DNA of 64,000 nt. It comes from Eledone cirrhosa (Eukaryota). The position numbers were made by a program, and so were the translations under genes. The stretch is from the NCBI GenBank assembly GCA_964016885.1, contig OZ024748.1, positions 15,934,001 through 15,998,000 on the forward strand, read 5' to 3'. A model generated the notes under the pieces. The model was not told where the DNA came from. It ran no database searches and saw only the letters and a program-made list of their open reading frames with translations. This document shows, piece after piece, positions 51,286 through 64,000 of this stretch (positions are counted from its first letter, which is position 1; each line of letters begins with the position of its first letter).

Positions 51286-52455
51286 ATCATCATCATCACC
51301 GTTTTACATCCGTTCTTCCACGCTAGCATAGGTTAGACGGCTTGTCCTGTTGTGGGCAGTGTCTGGTCGGCTGACCATACCTTGCTCATACAGGAACTGA
51401 TTCTAGCTTGATTTCTACAGCTGGATGCCCTTCCTAACACCAACCTCATTTACAGTGAGTGCTGGGTGCTTTTTCCGTGGCGCCTACACGTCCACTTTAC
51501 AGTGTGGGCTGGGTGCTTTTTTGCCGTGGCACCTCCACGACCACCTTGCGGTGGGAGGGTGTGGCGGCATATTGTCTATATGCTTCAGCTTGTACCCATG
51601 GGAGGTTGGGTACTCTGTATTACTGCGTGGCGCCAGAGGTCACGGTCATGTGTCATCGCCTTTGAGAGGTGTAATTGAGTAAAGTCGGCTTTATCACCTC
51701 ATCCCAGGTCTTCTTGGGTCTCCCCACTCCGCGGTTTCCATTGACTTCTAGTGCTCTGCACCCTTTTATGCAGCTGTCATCCTTCATACGCATCACATGT
51801 CCATACCAACGCAACTGCCTCTCCTGCACACAGCATTTGATTCCTCTTATGCTCAGTCTCTCTCTCAATTCATTTATGCTTTGTCATTTGCGTATATTAC
51901 TATTACACATCCATCGGACCATGCAGGCTTCGTTTCTTTCTAATCTACGTAAGTCTTCCACCTTCAGTGCACAGGTCTCACTACCATGTAACATTGCTGT
52001 TCAGATACATGCATCATACAGTCTGCCTTTCATTTTGAGGGAGAAGCCTTTTGCAGCTAGCAGTGGCAGTAGTTCCCTGAACTTCTTCCATCCGGTTCTT
52101 ACCCTAGTTATTGTACTTTCTGAACACCCACCTCCGCTGCTAATTCGGTCACCTAGGTAGCAGAAGCTGTCTACTGTTTCTACAGAGCCCTCCCAGAGAT
52201 TGGTGGTACTTGTTTTCTGTGGCTGTTTGCTGCTTGCTGTTCCATCACAGCTGCTGCAGGTGAAGCATACATTCTTAATTAAGCTTCCTGAGATCCCGCT
52301 ACATCTCTTGTGTACCCATTGTTTGCATTTGGGGCAGAGAATGGAGTTCCTACCTACACCTTTCCTTAGGTGGCCATTTAGCAAGGCCACTTAGCAAGGC
52401 CATTTCCCTGAGGGGATCTGGGTTCTGTTTTCTCGTCTACTTACAATGCCTTGTT
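51286..52455 (-). mobile_element. RTE-clade LINE, 5'-truncated, with PHD-like Cys/His insert and complete 3' UTR
   Basis: NSILCPKCKQWVHKRCSG..FTCSSC, VDSFCYLGD, GWKKFRELLP, HGSET, LRWYGHVMRM, GRPKKTW; 3' (GAT)n tail. Confidence 0.92.
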
Positions 52456-52489
52456 GTATCAATTTTGGTACTTCATATTCTGAGTTCAA

Positions 52490-52740
52490 ATACTTCCTAG
52501 GGATTAGAATCAGACTGATAGCCAGGAGTTATCAATTGGTTCCCAAACGGGTGATGTATTATGTCCTTGAACAAGACACTTTATTTCATGTTCTTACTGC
52601 CAGGACTTGCAACCGGTAGGTAGTATCATCTATGGAAAGACTAATGAAAAATTGTTTACTTGGTCCAATTTGATAAGGTCCAACCCACTCAATAAGCAAA
52701 TGAGGTCTGGGATCTTCTCGATTGATCTTAGATCAATTGA
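52490..52740 (+). mobile_element. SINE family C, degenerate
   Basis: GTCCTTGAACAAGACACTT and TGGTCCAATTTGA tail. Confidence 0.6.
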
Positions 52741-52744
52741 CCAA

Positions 52745-53025
52745 GGGTTATGAAAGATTATTAAAGCTGCAATGAGTGTGTGTGTGTGTGGGGGGTAGTG
52801 GATTGTGGTAATCTGCTACTCCATTTAAACTATAACCAGAGCTAATCACTTGACCATGGGGACCACAAAAGATTATGAAAACTGCAATGAGTGGTGGGTG
52901 GGGGGGATGGTCAGCAGCTGTAGTTGAACTATGAGCAGAGCTAATCACTTGACCATGGAGACCACAACAGAATATATAAAACTGCAATGTGGGGTGTGGG
53001 GATGATAGTCTGCTGACACAACCCA
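52745..53025. repeat. Diverged tandem triplication of about 100-110 bp
   Basis: CAGAGCTAATCACTTGACCATGG occurs twice and CTGCAATG three times. Confidence 0.75.
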
Positions 53026-53894
53026 AAGATGATGATGATGATTATGATGATACCATAATTTTATAAACATTCTTAAGAATGAAGTTTTTTTAGACGTTCC
53101 ATTTTCTTTTCTTTTGCTTTTGTGTTTTTTTAGTGTGTGAGACTCTAAAAATATTCGTATAAATCAAAATTATCAATAATATGACAAGACAAAACAAGAT
53201 TTATAATCACACAATGCAGCATGGTGTGTGTATAATGAAATATGGTTAAATTGAGGTCAGATAGAGAAGTTGATAAGCTATAGAACAGAAGTTAATAGCA
53301 CAGTATCTGAGCAGATTTCTGGATGATTGGTTACATAAGATTCAAGCAGGAAATGTGGATGGAACGCTAAAGTCTGAGGTGAGTTTTAAACTGGTTAATT
53401 CATGTTTTTAAGGATGTGAATAAATCCTGAATAAAAACAGGGATCTAAAAGTTTAGCAAGAGGACAGAGAGCATGTGTCATCTGTGGTGATGCACAGAGC
53501 GTGAAAATGCATTCATGTGTGCTTGGTGCATATCTTATCAGGTTGGCATATAGCAACAGAATACAGTCTTTATGAGAGATTTACACACTTGGATGGTGAT
53601 GTTTACTGAAGCAAGCATAAACTGAGTTTGTAACAATTGACTCAACCAGGCAACAGTAAAAGTTCCACTATGCATCATTGAACAATCTTAATTCCTTTGA
53701 TTTCAAAAGGAAACAGAGGCGTGACTGTTTATTTTTCTCTACTCCATTAAGATACATAAATTATGAGACAAGAAAAGAGTGTTTAATGTATACACACCCA
53801 GCAAAATATAGTGGTATAACAAGCTGAAGCAGTAAATGGTTGCACTGTGCAGAAAGAAAGGAGTATGTGACCGAATGTGACTATGTGTATGTAT

Positions 53895-54152
53895 GTTCTT
53901 CTGGTTTTATAATCTTATACATTTTTACCAATAGAGAGAGAGTTTGTTTCTAACATAGATACAAGACTCTCTCATTGGAATTTAAACAACACCAACTAGG
54001 TAGATATGCATACATGCTGTGTGTACAGATATGTATGTTATTGTATGTGTGGTGCATAGGTTTTGAGTTATATGTGTGCTTGTGAATATGATTTGTATCT
54101 GTACATGAAGTTATTAGATGCAACATTTTTCATATTTTTATTGTTCCATTAA
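53895..54152 (-). mobile_element. R4 family B 3' end (copy 2)
   Basis: Reverse complement of 48340-48622 (TGTTGCATCTAA..CCTAGTTG..GAGTCTTGT..AAAACCAGAAGAAC), followed by (ATAC)n. Confidence 0.85.
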
Positions 54153-54215
54153 AGCTTCCTCAAAGAAGATCTTCACAGGCAACAGAGTCGTTTATATATA
54201 TGTGTTTGTGCATAC

Positions 54216-54494
54216 AACAATGAAAAAAGAGACAACTCAGAGGTAGATAGTGAATTAGTTCATTGTTTTATGATCATTTCAGTTCAGATGGTCAATTGAT
54301 GATCGAAGATTGATGTATCAACTAGCATGGTAGTGTTTAGGCTACTACCTACTTCTAGTCTCGAAATTCCTGTTAGTTGATGTACCATGCTAGTTTATAC
54401 ATTGATCTTTCAGGATCAATCAGCCCTCTGAAACGATCATAAAACAATGAACTAATTAACTACCTACCTCTGACTACTGTCTTTTTTCATTGTT
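54216..54494. repeat. Foldback element with about 115-bp arms
   Basis: 54216-54332 is the diverged reverse complement of 54383-54494. Confidence 0.85.
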
Positions 54495-54629
54495 CTATAC
54501 ACACACACACACACACACATATATGTATACCCTTGCAAGCAGGGGAAAGGGGACGTAAAATGATGATGATGATGATAATATATATATATATATTATATAC
54601 TTTTTTATTTATTTTTATATTTATTTGAT

Positions 54630-55070
54630 CGATAAGATCCCAGACCTTGTCAATTTGGACCAAGGAAATAATGTTTCCATTGGGGTTTCCAATTGCTAAT
54701 ACTTAATACCAGGCAGAAGAAAGAACATGAAATAAAGTGTCTTGTTCAAGGACATAATGGATTGCCCGATCCGGGAATCAAACTCACAACCTCACGATTG
54801 TGAATCCAATCCTCTAACCACTCAGCAATCTGATGTCCGCTCAGACCACCTCCGCCCATGTTTTTCGTGGTCTTCCTCTACTGCGTCTTCCTTCTACTGG
54901 CATTTCTTGGCACTTCTTTACCCAGCGGTCATCCTCCATGCGCATCACATGTCCATACCATCTCAGTCTTCTCTCCTGCACATTACAACTTTTCCCTCTT
55001 ATACACAGTTTCTCTCTCAACTCATCTATGATTGGTCGTTCACGCATATTGACATTACACATCCAACGTA
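54630..55070 (-). mobile_element. RTE fragment joined to a SINE family C copy
   Basis: ORF 54841-55062 RRLRWYGHVMRM..GRPRKTW; SINE at 54630-54827. Confidence 0.8.
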
Positions 55071-55292
55071 TGTATACATATATATATATAAAGTTATATT
55101 TTTCTTTCTTTGAAACATATAATGTGAGAAGAATACGAATGAAATTTGTTAAATTTTATCTGAGTGTTGTTTGCAGCTAAAATCTTTATAAATTTTAATC
55201 GGTAATGTACTGATTAAGTACCGTCACAACATATCTGTGAATATAATCTTGAAACTTTAGCCCCCAATTATTTACATTCACACACATGTGTC

Positions 55293-55334
<42 letters not shown>

Positions 55335-55570
55335 CACACACACATGAATGTCTGCATAACTAAAAGTTTGTAGATAGCAGCTGTTTTAGGTTATGTAACT
55401 GTTATAGAAACACGTGTCAATAAATTCCTTTCAACTAAACTGTATCCATTCAAATCTTTCTATTTTTCTCCGGATTACTTTTGGAACTACAACTGGAACC
55501 GTCGAGCAAACTCTACGTGAGCTGATAATCTACTGTGTGTAATATTTATATTACAACACAACGGAAAATA

Positions 55571-55617
<47 letters not shown>

Positions 55618-55784
55618 TGTGTGTGTGTGTATATATATATACTCATATGAATATTAATATAAATGTATATATATATATATATGAATGCAGATAAATATTC
55701 ACATATATATATATATATCTACATGTATATATATATATATATATACATAATAATAATAATAATTATTATTATTATTATTATTGT

Positions 55785-57479
55785 TCTTTGAGTCTCAGTC
55801 ATTGATGTTAGTTAACTGGAAAGTTTGTTGAAATGAATATCAAGCCACTACCTGCAGCCTCAGATATTCAGGACGTATCGGAGGGTTCTTGCTGTTCCCA
55901 GCAAGCATGCCTTTTGAAGTATTCCAAAAAGCGGGGCGGGACCAATTTTCTTTAACCATCCTTGGAGACTCTTTGAGATAGTACCTAGTGCGCCTATGAC
56001 AATTGGGACCATTTTGACCTCATGGCAGTTCCAAATCCTTTTTACCTCCCACTTTAAGTCCTGGTATCGGTTAATTTTCTCCCTCTCCTTCTCTTGCACT
56101 CTCGTGTCCAATGGGCAGGCTACAACCACAATCAGGCACGATCGTTTTTCCTTGTCCAAAACCACCAGGTCAGGTCTATTGTGTTCCAGTTTCTTGTCCG
56201 TCTGTATCCTAAAATCCCACAGCACCTTCACCTGATCGTTTTCCATCACCGACTCTGGCTTATGCTCATACGACTTCTCAGAATGTGGTAAATTGTTTAC
56301 TTTGCATAGGTGCCAGTGGATCACCCTGCCCATCACATCATGTCTCCAGCCTTTATGGTGCATCTGGGCTAGGTGTTTACACTCAGATACAATGTGAGCC
56401 ACAGTCTCCTCTCTCTCCACAGATCCTACAGAGTGGGCTAGCCTCCTCCTTGTAAATATGGTGTTTCAGTCACTTCGTTTTGAGGGCCTGCTCTTGCACA
56501 GCCATTAGCATTCCTTCTGTAGCCTTTTTAAGGTCTCCTCTTTTCAACCAGTTCCATGTCTGTGGATCTCTAAATTCAGTTTTCTCAAAGAAGGTACTAT
56601 GAAGGGATTTTTCATGAAGGTTTTCCTTTCTCCTCGTTGTTATTTCCTCCTTGGACATCCCCTGGTCTATTGCCCTTTCCTTCAGTACAATTCTGAGCAT
56701 TGGCTCCCTACTATCAGTCACGTATTTGTATAGGTTGTTTTTCTCCATCTGAACACAGTCCTCTATGCTGATAAGACGTCTTCCACCTTCAGATCTCCTT
56801 AAGTAAAGCCTATCGACATCACTCCTCTTGTGGAACATGTTGTAGATAGTCAATAGCTTCCTAGTCTTCCTATCCATTTCTTTTTGTTCGGCAACATTCC
56901 ATCTCAGAATTCCCGCACTGTACCTAATAATAGACACAGCTTGGGAATATACTGCACTTATGGCATTCCTACTGATCAGATGTGACTTTAGTACGCTCCT
57001 TACTCTCCGAATGTATTCAGATCTTATCAATTCCTTCATTTTTTTGTTCTTGATGTCATCAGCCTCCAGAACACTTAAATATTTGTATCCTTCTTCAGTA
57101 TCAATTTCCTTTATCATCTCCCCTGTTGGTACCTGGATTCCGTTGCTTCTGCTCAATTTACCCCTCTTCATCACAAGGACTCCACACTTACTAATACCAA
57201 ATTGCATACATATATCATTGCTGAAAATACGGACTGTGTCAACAAGCACATCCAAATTCTTCTCACTCTTCCCGAAGAGCTTAAGATCGTCCATGAAGAG
57301 GAGGTCATTGATGGCAAGCTCTCCCTTTCCCAACTTGTATCCTGCTCTCACTTTTCGCAGTATAATGGTCAGGAGGATCAGGGCAAGGACAAACAACAGA
57401 GGGGACAAACTCTCTCCCTGGAAGATACCTCTCTTGATCCTCACGCCTCCCAAGGATTCTCCGCCCGATGTTAACTCTA
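55785..57479 (-). mobile_element. R4/Dong-clade LINE family A, 5'-truncated and inactivated (RT, CCHC, RLE)
   Basis: RGIFQGESLSP, FMDDLKLF, YKYLSV; CRIC..HIVSEC; RHD; HNRPDL..; stop at 56470-56472 and a frameshift near 56420; (AAT)n at both ends on the element's sense strand. Confidence 0.93.
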
Positions 57480-57480
57480 A

Positions 57481-57511
<31 letters not shown>

Positions 57512-58054
57512 CTACATGTATATATATATATAGTAATAATAAATGTGAAGACTAAAATGAGTGAGTGTGAGATAAATTTTTATTTCTTTATCATTTTGGT
57601 TATTTTCATTAGTGAACAAAAAAACCAAACACCTCCCACTAAGTAAGAAGTATAAAATAACACTTTAACACAAACCATTCCTCTTTGTAATTCAACAGCA
57701 AACTTTACAGAATTCAGTTTCATATAAGTTTAAGTTTTTTTCCGCTATATTCTAATCATTTGTTGTTTTTAAACATTTTAAGTTTTATTTCCCAACATTT
57801 TAACGATGAAGGAATGACAACAAAAGAAAATTCAAATTACAGCTATATTTTCGAAATATCTGAAATTTTGTACTGTGAAATTATATACCAAAATTAATAT
57901 GAATAATAATGTATGGAAAATATGAAAAAAATATTTTATTATAGTTTAGTATAGTAATATTGCAGACAAATAATACGTAGGTAAAATATAGGGAAGGAAA
58001 GATAACAAAATGAATTTTCTAGAAATAAAATTTCTGAAGGGCATAGCAAAGTTT

Positions 58055-58089
58055 TTGTGTGTGTGTATATAGACACACACATGTATAGA

Positions 58090-58141
<52 letters not shown>

Positions 58142-59030
58142 TATTTATATATATTTATATATATACATATATATATATACAGATATTTATATATATTTAT
58201 ATATATACATATATATATACAGATATTTATATATATTTATATATATACATATATATATACAGATATTTATATATATTTATATATATACATATATATATAC
58301 ATATTTATATATATACATATATATATATACATATTTATATACATATTTATATATATATATATACATATATATATATACATATTTATATATATATATATAT
58401 ATACATATTTATATATATACATATATATATATATATACATATATATATGTATATATATATACACATATATATATATAGTGAGAGAGAGAGAGCGAGAAAT
58501 ATTGCACACTATTAAAAACATGTTGCTTGACATACACTAATGCATTATATATATACGGTGATGATGATGATAATGATATATATATATATACATATAATTT
58601 CAAATATATATGTAATTATATGTAAATATATGTGCGTGTGTGTATATATATATAGACATATATATGTATGCATGTGTTTGTATGTGTTTTATATAAATAC
58701 ACACATTCGTACATACATACATATATAGATGTATATATAAAGCATTTGAGATATCAATGACTTTTTGTTGAGGTTTGACATTTCAATTGGAAACTATCCA
58801 TTACTGAAAATAGTCTACCTAGGTTTTTAATATCAGCCAAGAAAAAAATATTGGCTTTTCCTTCATATTCTTCTTCGATATCATCAGCATCATCATCATC
58901 TTTTACATATAATTTTCAATGCTTATATAATATTTTTTTATAGAATGCACGTACATGTACACATACATAAATAACTACATATATACATATAAATAACTAT
59001 ATATATAAATAAATCTATATATCTATGTAT

Positions 59031-59084
<54 letters not shown>

Positions 59085-59173
59085 CTATATATATGTTGGC
59101 TATATATATAATCATCATATGTAAAACAATCATTATGATGATGATTATATATATATATATGATGATAATGGTG

Positions 59174-59224
<51 letters not shown>

Positions 59225-59537
59225 TGTATGCATAGGATTTTCTGTGCAAATGATATTGTAAATTTTTTCTTCAAAATATACCAATATTTCTTATTATATT
59301 CCGTGCAAATACATTTGCAAAATTCAAGAATGTTATTAAAGACAGATATGTATATGTAACTCATGTAGACATGTGCATATGTGCACATACAACTGCATTA
59401 TTGTATGGTACCGGAAATATCAGTGCAAACCTATCCACACATTCTTCTTTTCATTTTTGATCTGAAGGACTGCTGCGATGCTTGAACTTTTGGTTATTAT
59501 TTGCCTCTTATTACTCTCTCTCCCCTCACACATGCAT

Positions 59538-59571
<34 letters not shown>

Positions 59572-59647
59572 GTGTGAGTGTGTGTGTGTATATATGTATA
59601 TATGTACACATATATAAATGTATGCATGTACATATATGTATCTATGT

Positions 59648-59715
<68 letters not shown>

Positions 59716-59735
59716 GTTGTTCCGGGTTGAATCGG

Positions 59736-59782
<47 letters not shown>

Positions 59783-60425
59783 CATATGTGTGTGTGTGTA
59801 TCTACACATATATATGTTTTCTCCCTAAAGATGGCTGACTTAATTTTTATTAGTTTTTTTTTCTTTATTTTACTCTTATCTGTCTTTTTTTTCTTCTCTC
59901 TCCCAAAACATCCTCTCTCTCTTTCTCTCTCTGTCTTTCTTTCTCTTCTGATGAAGGACTTGTGTCCAAAATGCTTTCTTATACACCATGCATATATGTG
60001 TATGTATGTTTATTTATACATACATATACATGCATGTGTGTATGTGACTGAGCATGCATGTATGTATCTATGTAGGTAGGAACTTATTTATACAAACATA
60101 TACATGTGTATGTGTGTGAGTGGCTTATAACATGCATAGTATGTGTGTGAGCATGCATGTATGTATGTATTTATTTATAGATACATATACATACATTGTA
60201 TGTGTTTGAGCATGTATGTATGTGTGTATTTATGCATACATATACATGTGTGTGTGTGTGTGTGTGAATAGCTTATAACATGCATAGTATGCGTGTGAGC
60301 GTGCCTGTATGTATGTAGGTAGGTATTTATTTATTTATAGATACATATAAATGCATGGTATGTGTGTGAGCATGTATGTTTGTGTGTATTTATGCATACA
60401 TATACATGTGTGTGTGTCTGTGTGT
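58055..60425. repeat. Cluster of (TA)n, (CA)n and (TATG)n simple and compound repeats
   Basis: Directly visible, with short unique islands. Confidence 0.8.
59945..59975 (+). ncRNA. Degenerate minimal hammerhead motif (Penelope-type)
   Basis: CTGATGA-A-GGAC-TTGT-GTCC-AAAA (GAAA changed to AAAA). Confidence 0.35.
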
Positions 60426-60456
60426 AAATGACAGATTATATGTTACTCATGTTTCA

Positions 60457-60680
60457 ACTGCTATGGTACTTGACAGCGAGATATTGGTGCATGGCCTTGA
60501 GTGCAGTAGATCTGCAGAAGCTAAAAAGAAATGAAGTATGCATGCTTCAATAGTCATGTAATCGGAATGTCAGAACACATGTGAGCTGTGATCAAGGAAG
60601 ACATGGGACAAAGTTATCAAGAATGTCCTTAAGAACGTTAACCTCACACATAAGTTGATAAGGGATCAAGCTAGCTGGTA
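60457..60680 (+). mobile_element. Old RTE fragment
   Basis: WALSAVDLQKLKRNE-like peptide and ..RKTWDKVIKN. Confidence 0.55.
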
Positions 60681-61465
60681 GGAAATTAGCAGATTATGAG
60701 ATTGGACCAAGGAAACAATGTTCCCTTTGATATTTTCATTGCTGATACTATCTGTTAGTCGCAACCATTGGCAAAAGAAAGAATCCAAACATCAGATCAC
60801 AGGAAGTAAAACAGGTTTCCATTGGTGTTTCAATTACTGGTACTATCTCCTGGCTGGTGATATGCTGTAATACAAAAGGGTTAACCACCAGTCCAAGTAC
60901 TGTGACTCAGAAAGTAAACATGGTGTGAAGACTGGAGGAAATCTGAAACACTAATATGTTTTAGAGTACTCCTCAATCTGGACAAATATGTGACAACCTC
61001 TCTTGTGCTGGTGCAACAATAAAATGCACCCAGTACACCCTGTAGAATAATAGAGCATGTATCACAAAAATCACACCCATGAAGTTATACTGTCATCATA
61101 TTGCCCTCTTCCATTGTTATTGACCCATGGCATCATACTTATTCTTCTTCCTACCCCACATCCTATCCCCTCCAGAGTTGAGTCATCATCATCATCATCG
61201 TTTAACGTCCATTTTCCAAACTAGCAAGGGTTAGATGGGTTGTCTCATTAGAGGCAAGTTGGATCCATTGACCGTGTCTTGCTCATATAGAACTGTTTCT
61301 GGCTACGTTTCTATGGATACTATTCCTAATGTCAATAATCCACAAAATTCCTAGTGCTGAAAGCTTAATAAATTACACCCAGTATACACTGTAAAGGTGG
61401 TGGTGGTGGGGGGTTAGGAATGGAAGCCAGCTGAAGAAACTATGTCAAAAAAAGAGTTGAGAGGA

Positions 61466-62250
61466 CTCTTTAGTTGTGTCAAAGTCAAAACAACCTTTGT
61501 AGTGTTGGTGACATGATAAAACTATACCCAGTACATACTGTAAAGTGATAGGTCACACGAATAGCTTCCTGGTGTAGAAAACAGGCCAAACAAAAGACAA
61601 AGATGGCTCTTTAGTTGTGTCAAAGATATGATGACCTTTGTAGTGTTGGTGACATGATAAAACTATACCCAATACATATTGTAAAGTGATAGGTCACACG
61701 AATAGCTTCCTGGAGTAGAAAACAGGCCAAACAAAAGACAAAGATGGCTCTTTAGTTGTGTCAAAGATATGATGACCTTTGTAGTGTTGGTGACATGATA
61801 AAACTATACCCAATACATATTGTAAAGTGATAGGTCACACGAATAGCTTCCTGGAGTAGAAAACAGGCCAAACAAAAGACAAAGATGGCTCTTCAGTTGT
61901 GTCAAAGATATGATGACCTTTGTAGTGTTGGTGACATGATAAAACTATACCCAGTAAATACTGTAAAGTGATAGGTCACACGAATAGCTTCCTGGTGTAG
62001 AAAACAGGCCAAACAAAAGACAAAGATGGCTCTTTAGTTGTGTCAAAGATATGATGACCTTTGTAGTGTTGGTGACATGATAAAACTATACCCAGTACAT
62101 ACTGTAAAGTGATAGGTCACACGAATAGCTTCCTGGAGTCGAAAACAGGCCAAACAAAAGACAAAGATGGCTCTTCAGTTGTGTCAAAGATATGATGACC
62201 TCTGTAGTGTTGGTGACATGATAAAACTATACCCAGTACACTCTGTAGAG
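61466..62250 (+). repeat. 141-bp tandem repeat (about 5.5 units) derived from the RTE-tail/SINE core
   Basis: Unit starts at 61466, 61607, 61748, 61889, 62030 and 62171; contains GTGTTGGTGACATGATAAAA..CCCAGTAC..CTGTAAAGTG..GTAGAAAAC. Confidence 0.95.
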
Positions 62251-62829
62251 TGAAGGAACATATGTTAGAGAGATGCAAACCCTCAGTCTATCTAAGAGAT
62301 CAGTGACTCTAATTATGTACTGACTTGGTCTGTGGTGACCTCGCCAACCTTTGTCAACGGGGAAAATTGTCCACACACATATACACACACATAAACACAA
62401 ACACACACACATAAACACAAACACACACATACACACATACATGCACGCACACACATACATGCACACACACATATATATATATATATATATACACATACAT
62501 ACGTATACATATATGATTGGCTGTTCTTCAAAGATCATACAGAAGGTCAATGCATGAAGGATTGATTTTAGTGGGCGGTGTGATTGAGTGGGTGGGGTGA
62601 TGGAGTGGGTGGGGTGATGCAGTGGGTGGTGTAGACGGTGCTGGGTGATGTGGGGGGGGGGGGTTAGATGGTGGTGCGACTGGGGTGTACGAATTAGTGT
62701 TCAATGTGCAATCACTATTACATAGTTACCATCTCACTGAAATAGATATGTGAACTTAAGAAGCTGGTCTCCACAATACATCCTTCATACTGTCACACAC
62801 CACCCACCACATACCACACATCACCACCT

Positions 62830-63063
62830 CCATTCTCTCTCTCTCTCTACTGTATCTCTCTTCTCTCTCTCTCTCTCTGTAGTGTATCTCTCTTTTCTCT
62901 CTCCCTTTGTACTGTATTTCTTCTCTCTCTCCCTTTGTACTGTATCTCTTCTCTCTCTCCCTTTGTACTATATCTCTTCTCTCTCTCTCTCTCTCTCTGC
63001 ACTGTATCTCTTCTCTCTCTCACTCTGTACTGTATCTCTTCTCTCTCTCCCTTTGTACTGTAT

Positions 63064-63115
<52 letters not shown>

Positions 63116-63266
63116 CTGTATCTCTTCTCTCTCTCACTCTGTACTGTATCTCTTCTCTCTCTCTCTCTCTCTGTACTGTATCTATCCCCCCCTCTCTGTA
63201 CTGTATCTATTCTCACCCACCCCCCTCTCTCTGTACCATATCTCTTCTCTCTCTCTCTGTACTGTA

Positions 63267-63301
<35 letters not shown>

Positions 63302-63579
63302 GTGTACTTCATCTAATGCAGCTGCTGCTGTTGCTGATTCTGCTGCTGTTGTTGCTAACTTCTCTTTTACCAACAGTAACAGCAACAACAGCAACAACAA
63401 CATCAACAACGACAACAGCAGCAGCAGCAGCATCAAAACGGCGGCACCATCAACAACAGCAGCAAATGCATCAACAATAACAACAGCAGCAACAGCATCA
63501 TCAACAACAACAACAACAGCATCGGCAGCAACAACAACAGCAAAAGCAGCAACAACAACAGCAACAAGAACAACAGCAA

Positions 63580-63665
<86 letters not shown>

Positions 63666-63685
63666 GCAAAAGCATCAACAGCATC

Positions 63686-63749
<64 letters not shown>

Positions 63750-63795
63750 GCAACAGCAGCAGCAGCAGCAGCAGCAAAATCAGCAGCAACAGCAG

Positions 63796-63827
<32 letters not shown>

Positions 63828-63920
63828 ACAACAACAACAACAGCAAAATCAGCAGGAACAGCAGCAATTACAACAGCAGCAACAGCAGTGACAACAGCAG
63901 CACCATCAGCACCAGCAGCA
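62830..63920. repeat. (CT)n/GTACTGTATCT compound minisatellite followed by (CAA/CAG)n tract
   Basis: Directly visible. Confidence 0.95.
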
Positions 63921-64000
63921 GGCTTGACCAGTTACTAAGCTACTAATATTGGTAACATTAGTACAGTTGGAGAGTCAGAGAGCGGCATCAGTCCACGTCA

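Noticed and set aside
56960-57646. 228-aa plus-strand ORF (and 51675-52160)
   Set aside because: Antisense shadows of LINE reverse transcriptase ORFs
62907-63938. Thr/Ala-rich mucin-like ORF, poly-Gln frame and signal-peptide-like MQLLLLL
   Set aside because: Derived from (CT)n and (CAA/CAG)n; all three frames hit stops at or before the end of the tract

Overview
AT-rich eukaryotic DNA, most likely intronic or intergenic sequence from an octopus or related cephalopod. This assignment is an inference from the SINE families and the extreme (TA)n/(CAT)n/(TACA)n microsatellite load. No intact protein-coding gene, rRNA, true tRNA gene or CRISPR array is visible, and nearly all long ORFs in the track are translations of simple repeats. 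The real coding remnants are all retroelements: a Tx1/L1-type 3' fragment, pieces of several R4/Dong-type RLE LINE families, RTE LINE fragments and a Penelope-like RT fragment. The window also holds two non-autonomous Helitrons, at least three tRNA-derived SINE families (often in head-to-tail arrays), several long foldback palindromes inside (TA)n, and several mini- and macro-satellites. Main points of interest: (i) each mobile family sits in its own microsatellite type; (ii) a family of hairpin-plus-tail elements whose arms co-vary; (iii) a bidirectional splice-site palindrome at about 21.48 kb, reading as a recursive-type AG|GTAAGT on + and as a donor followed by a U1-identical sequence on -; (iv) a few candidate short minus-strand exons of an unidentified host gene. 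Coordinates were read by eye and element boundaries are approximate.
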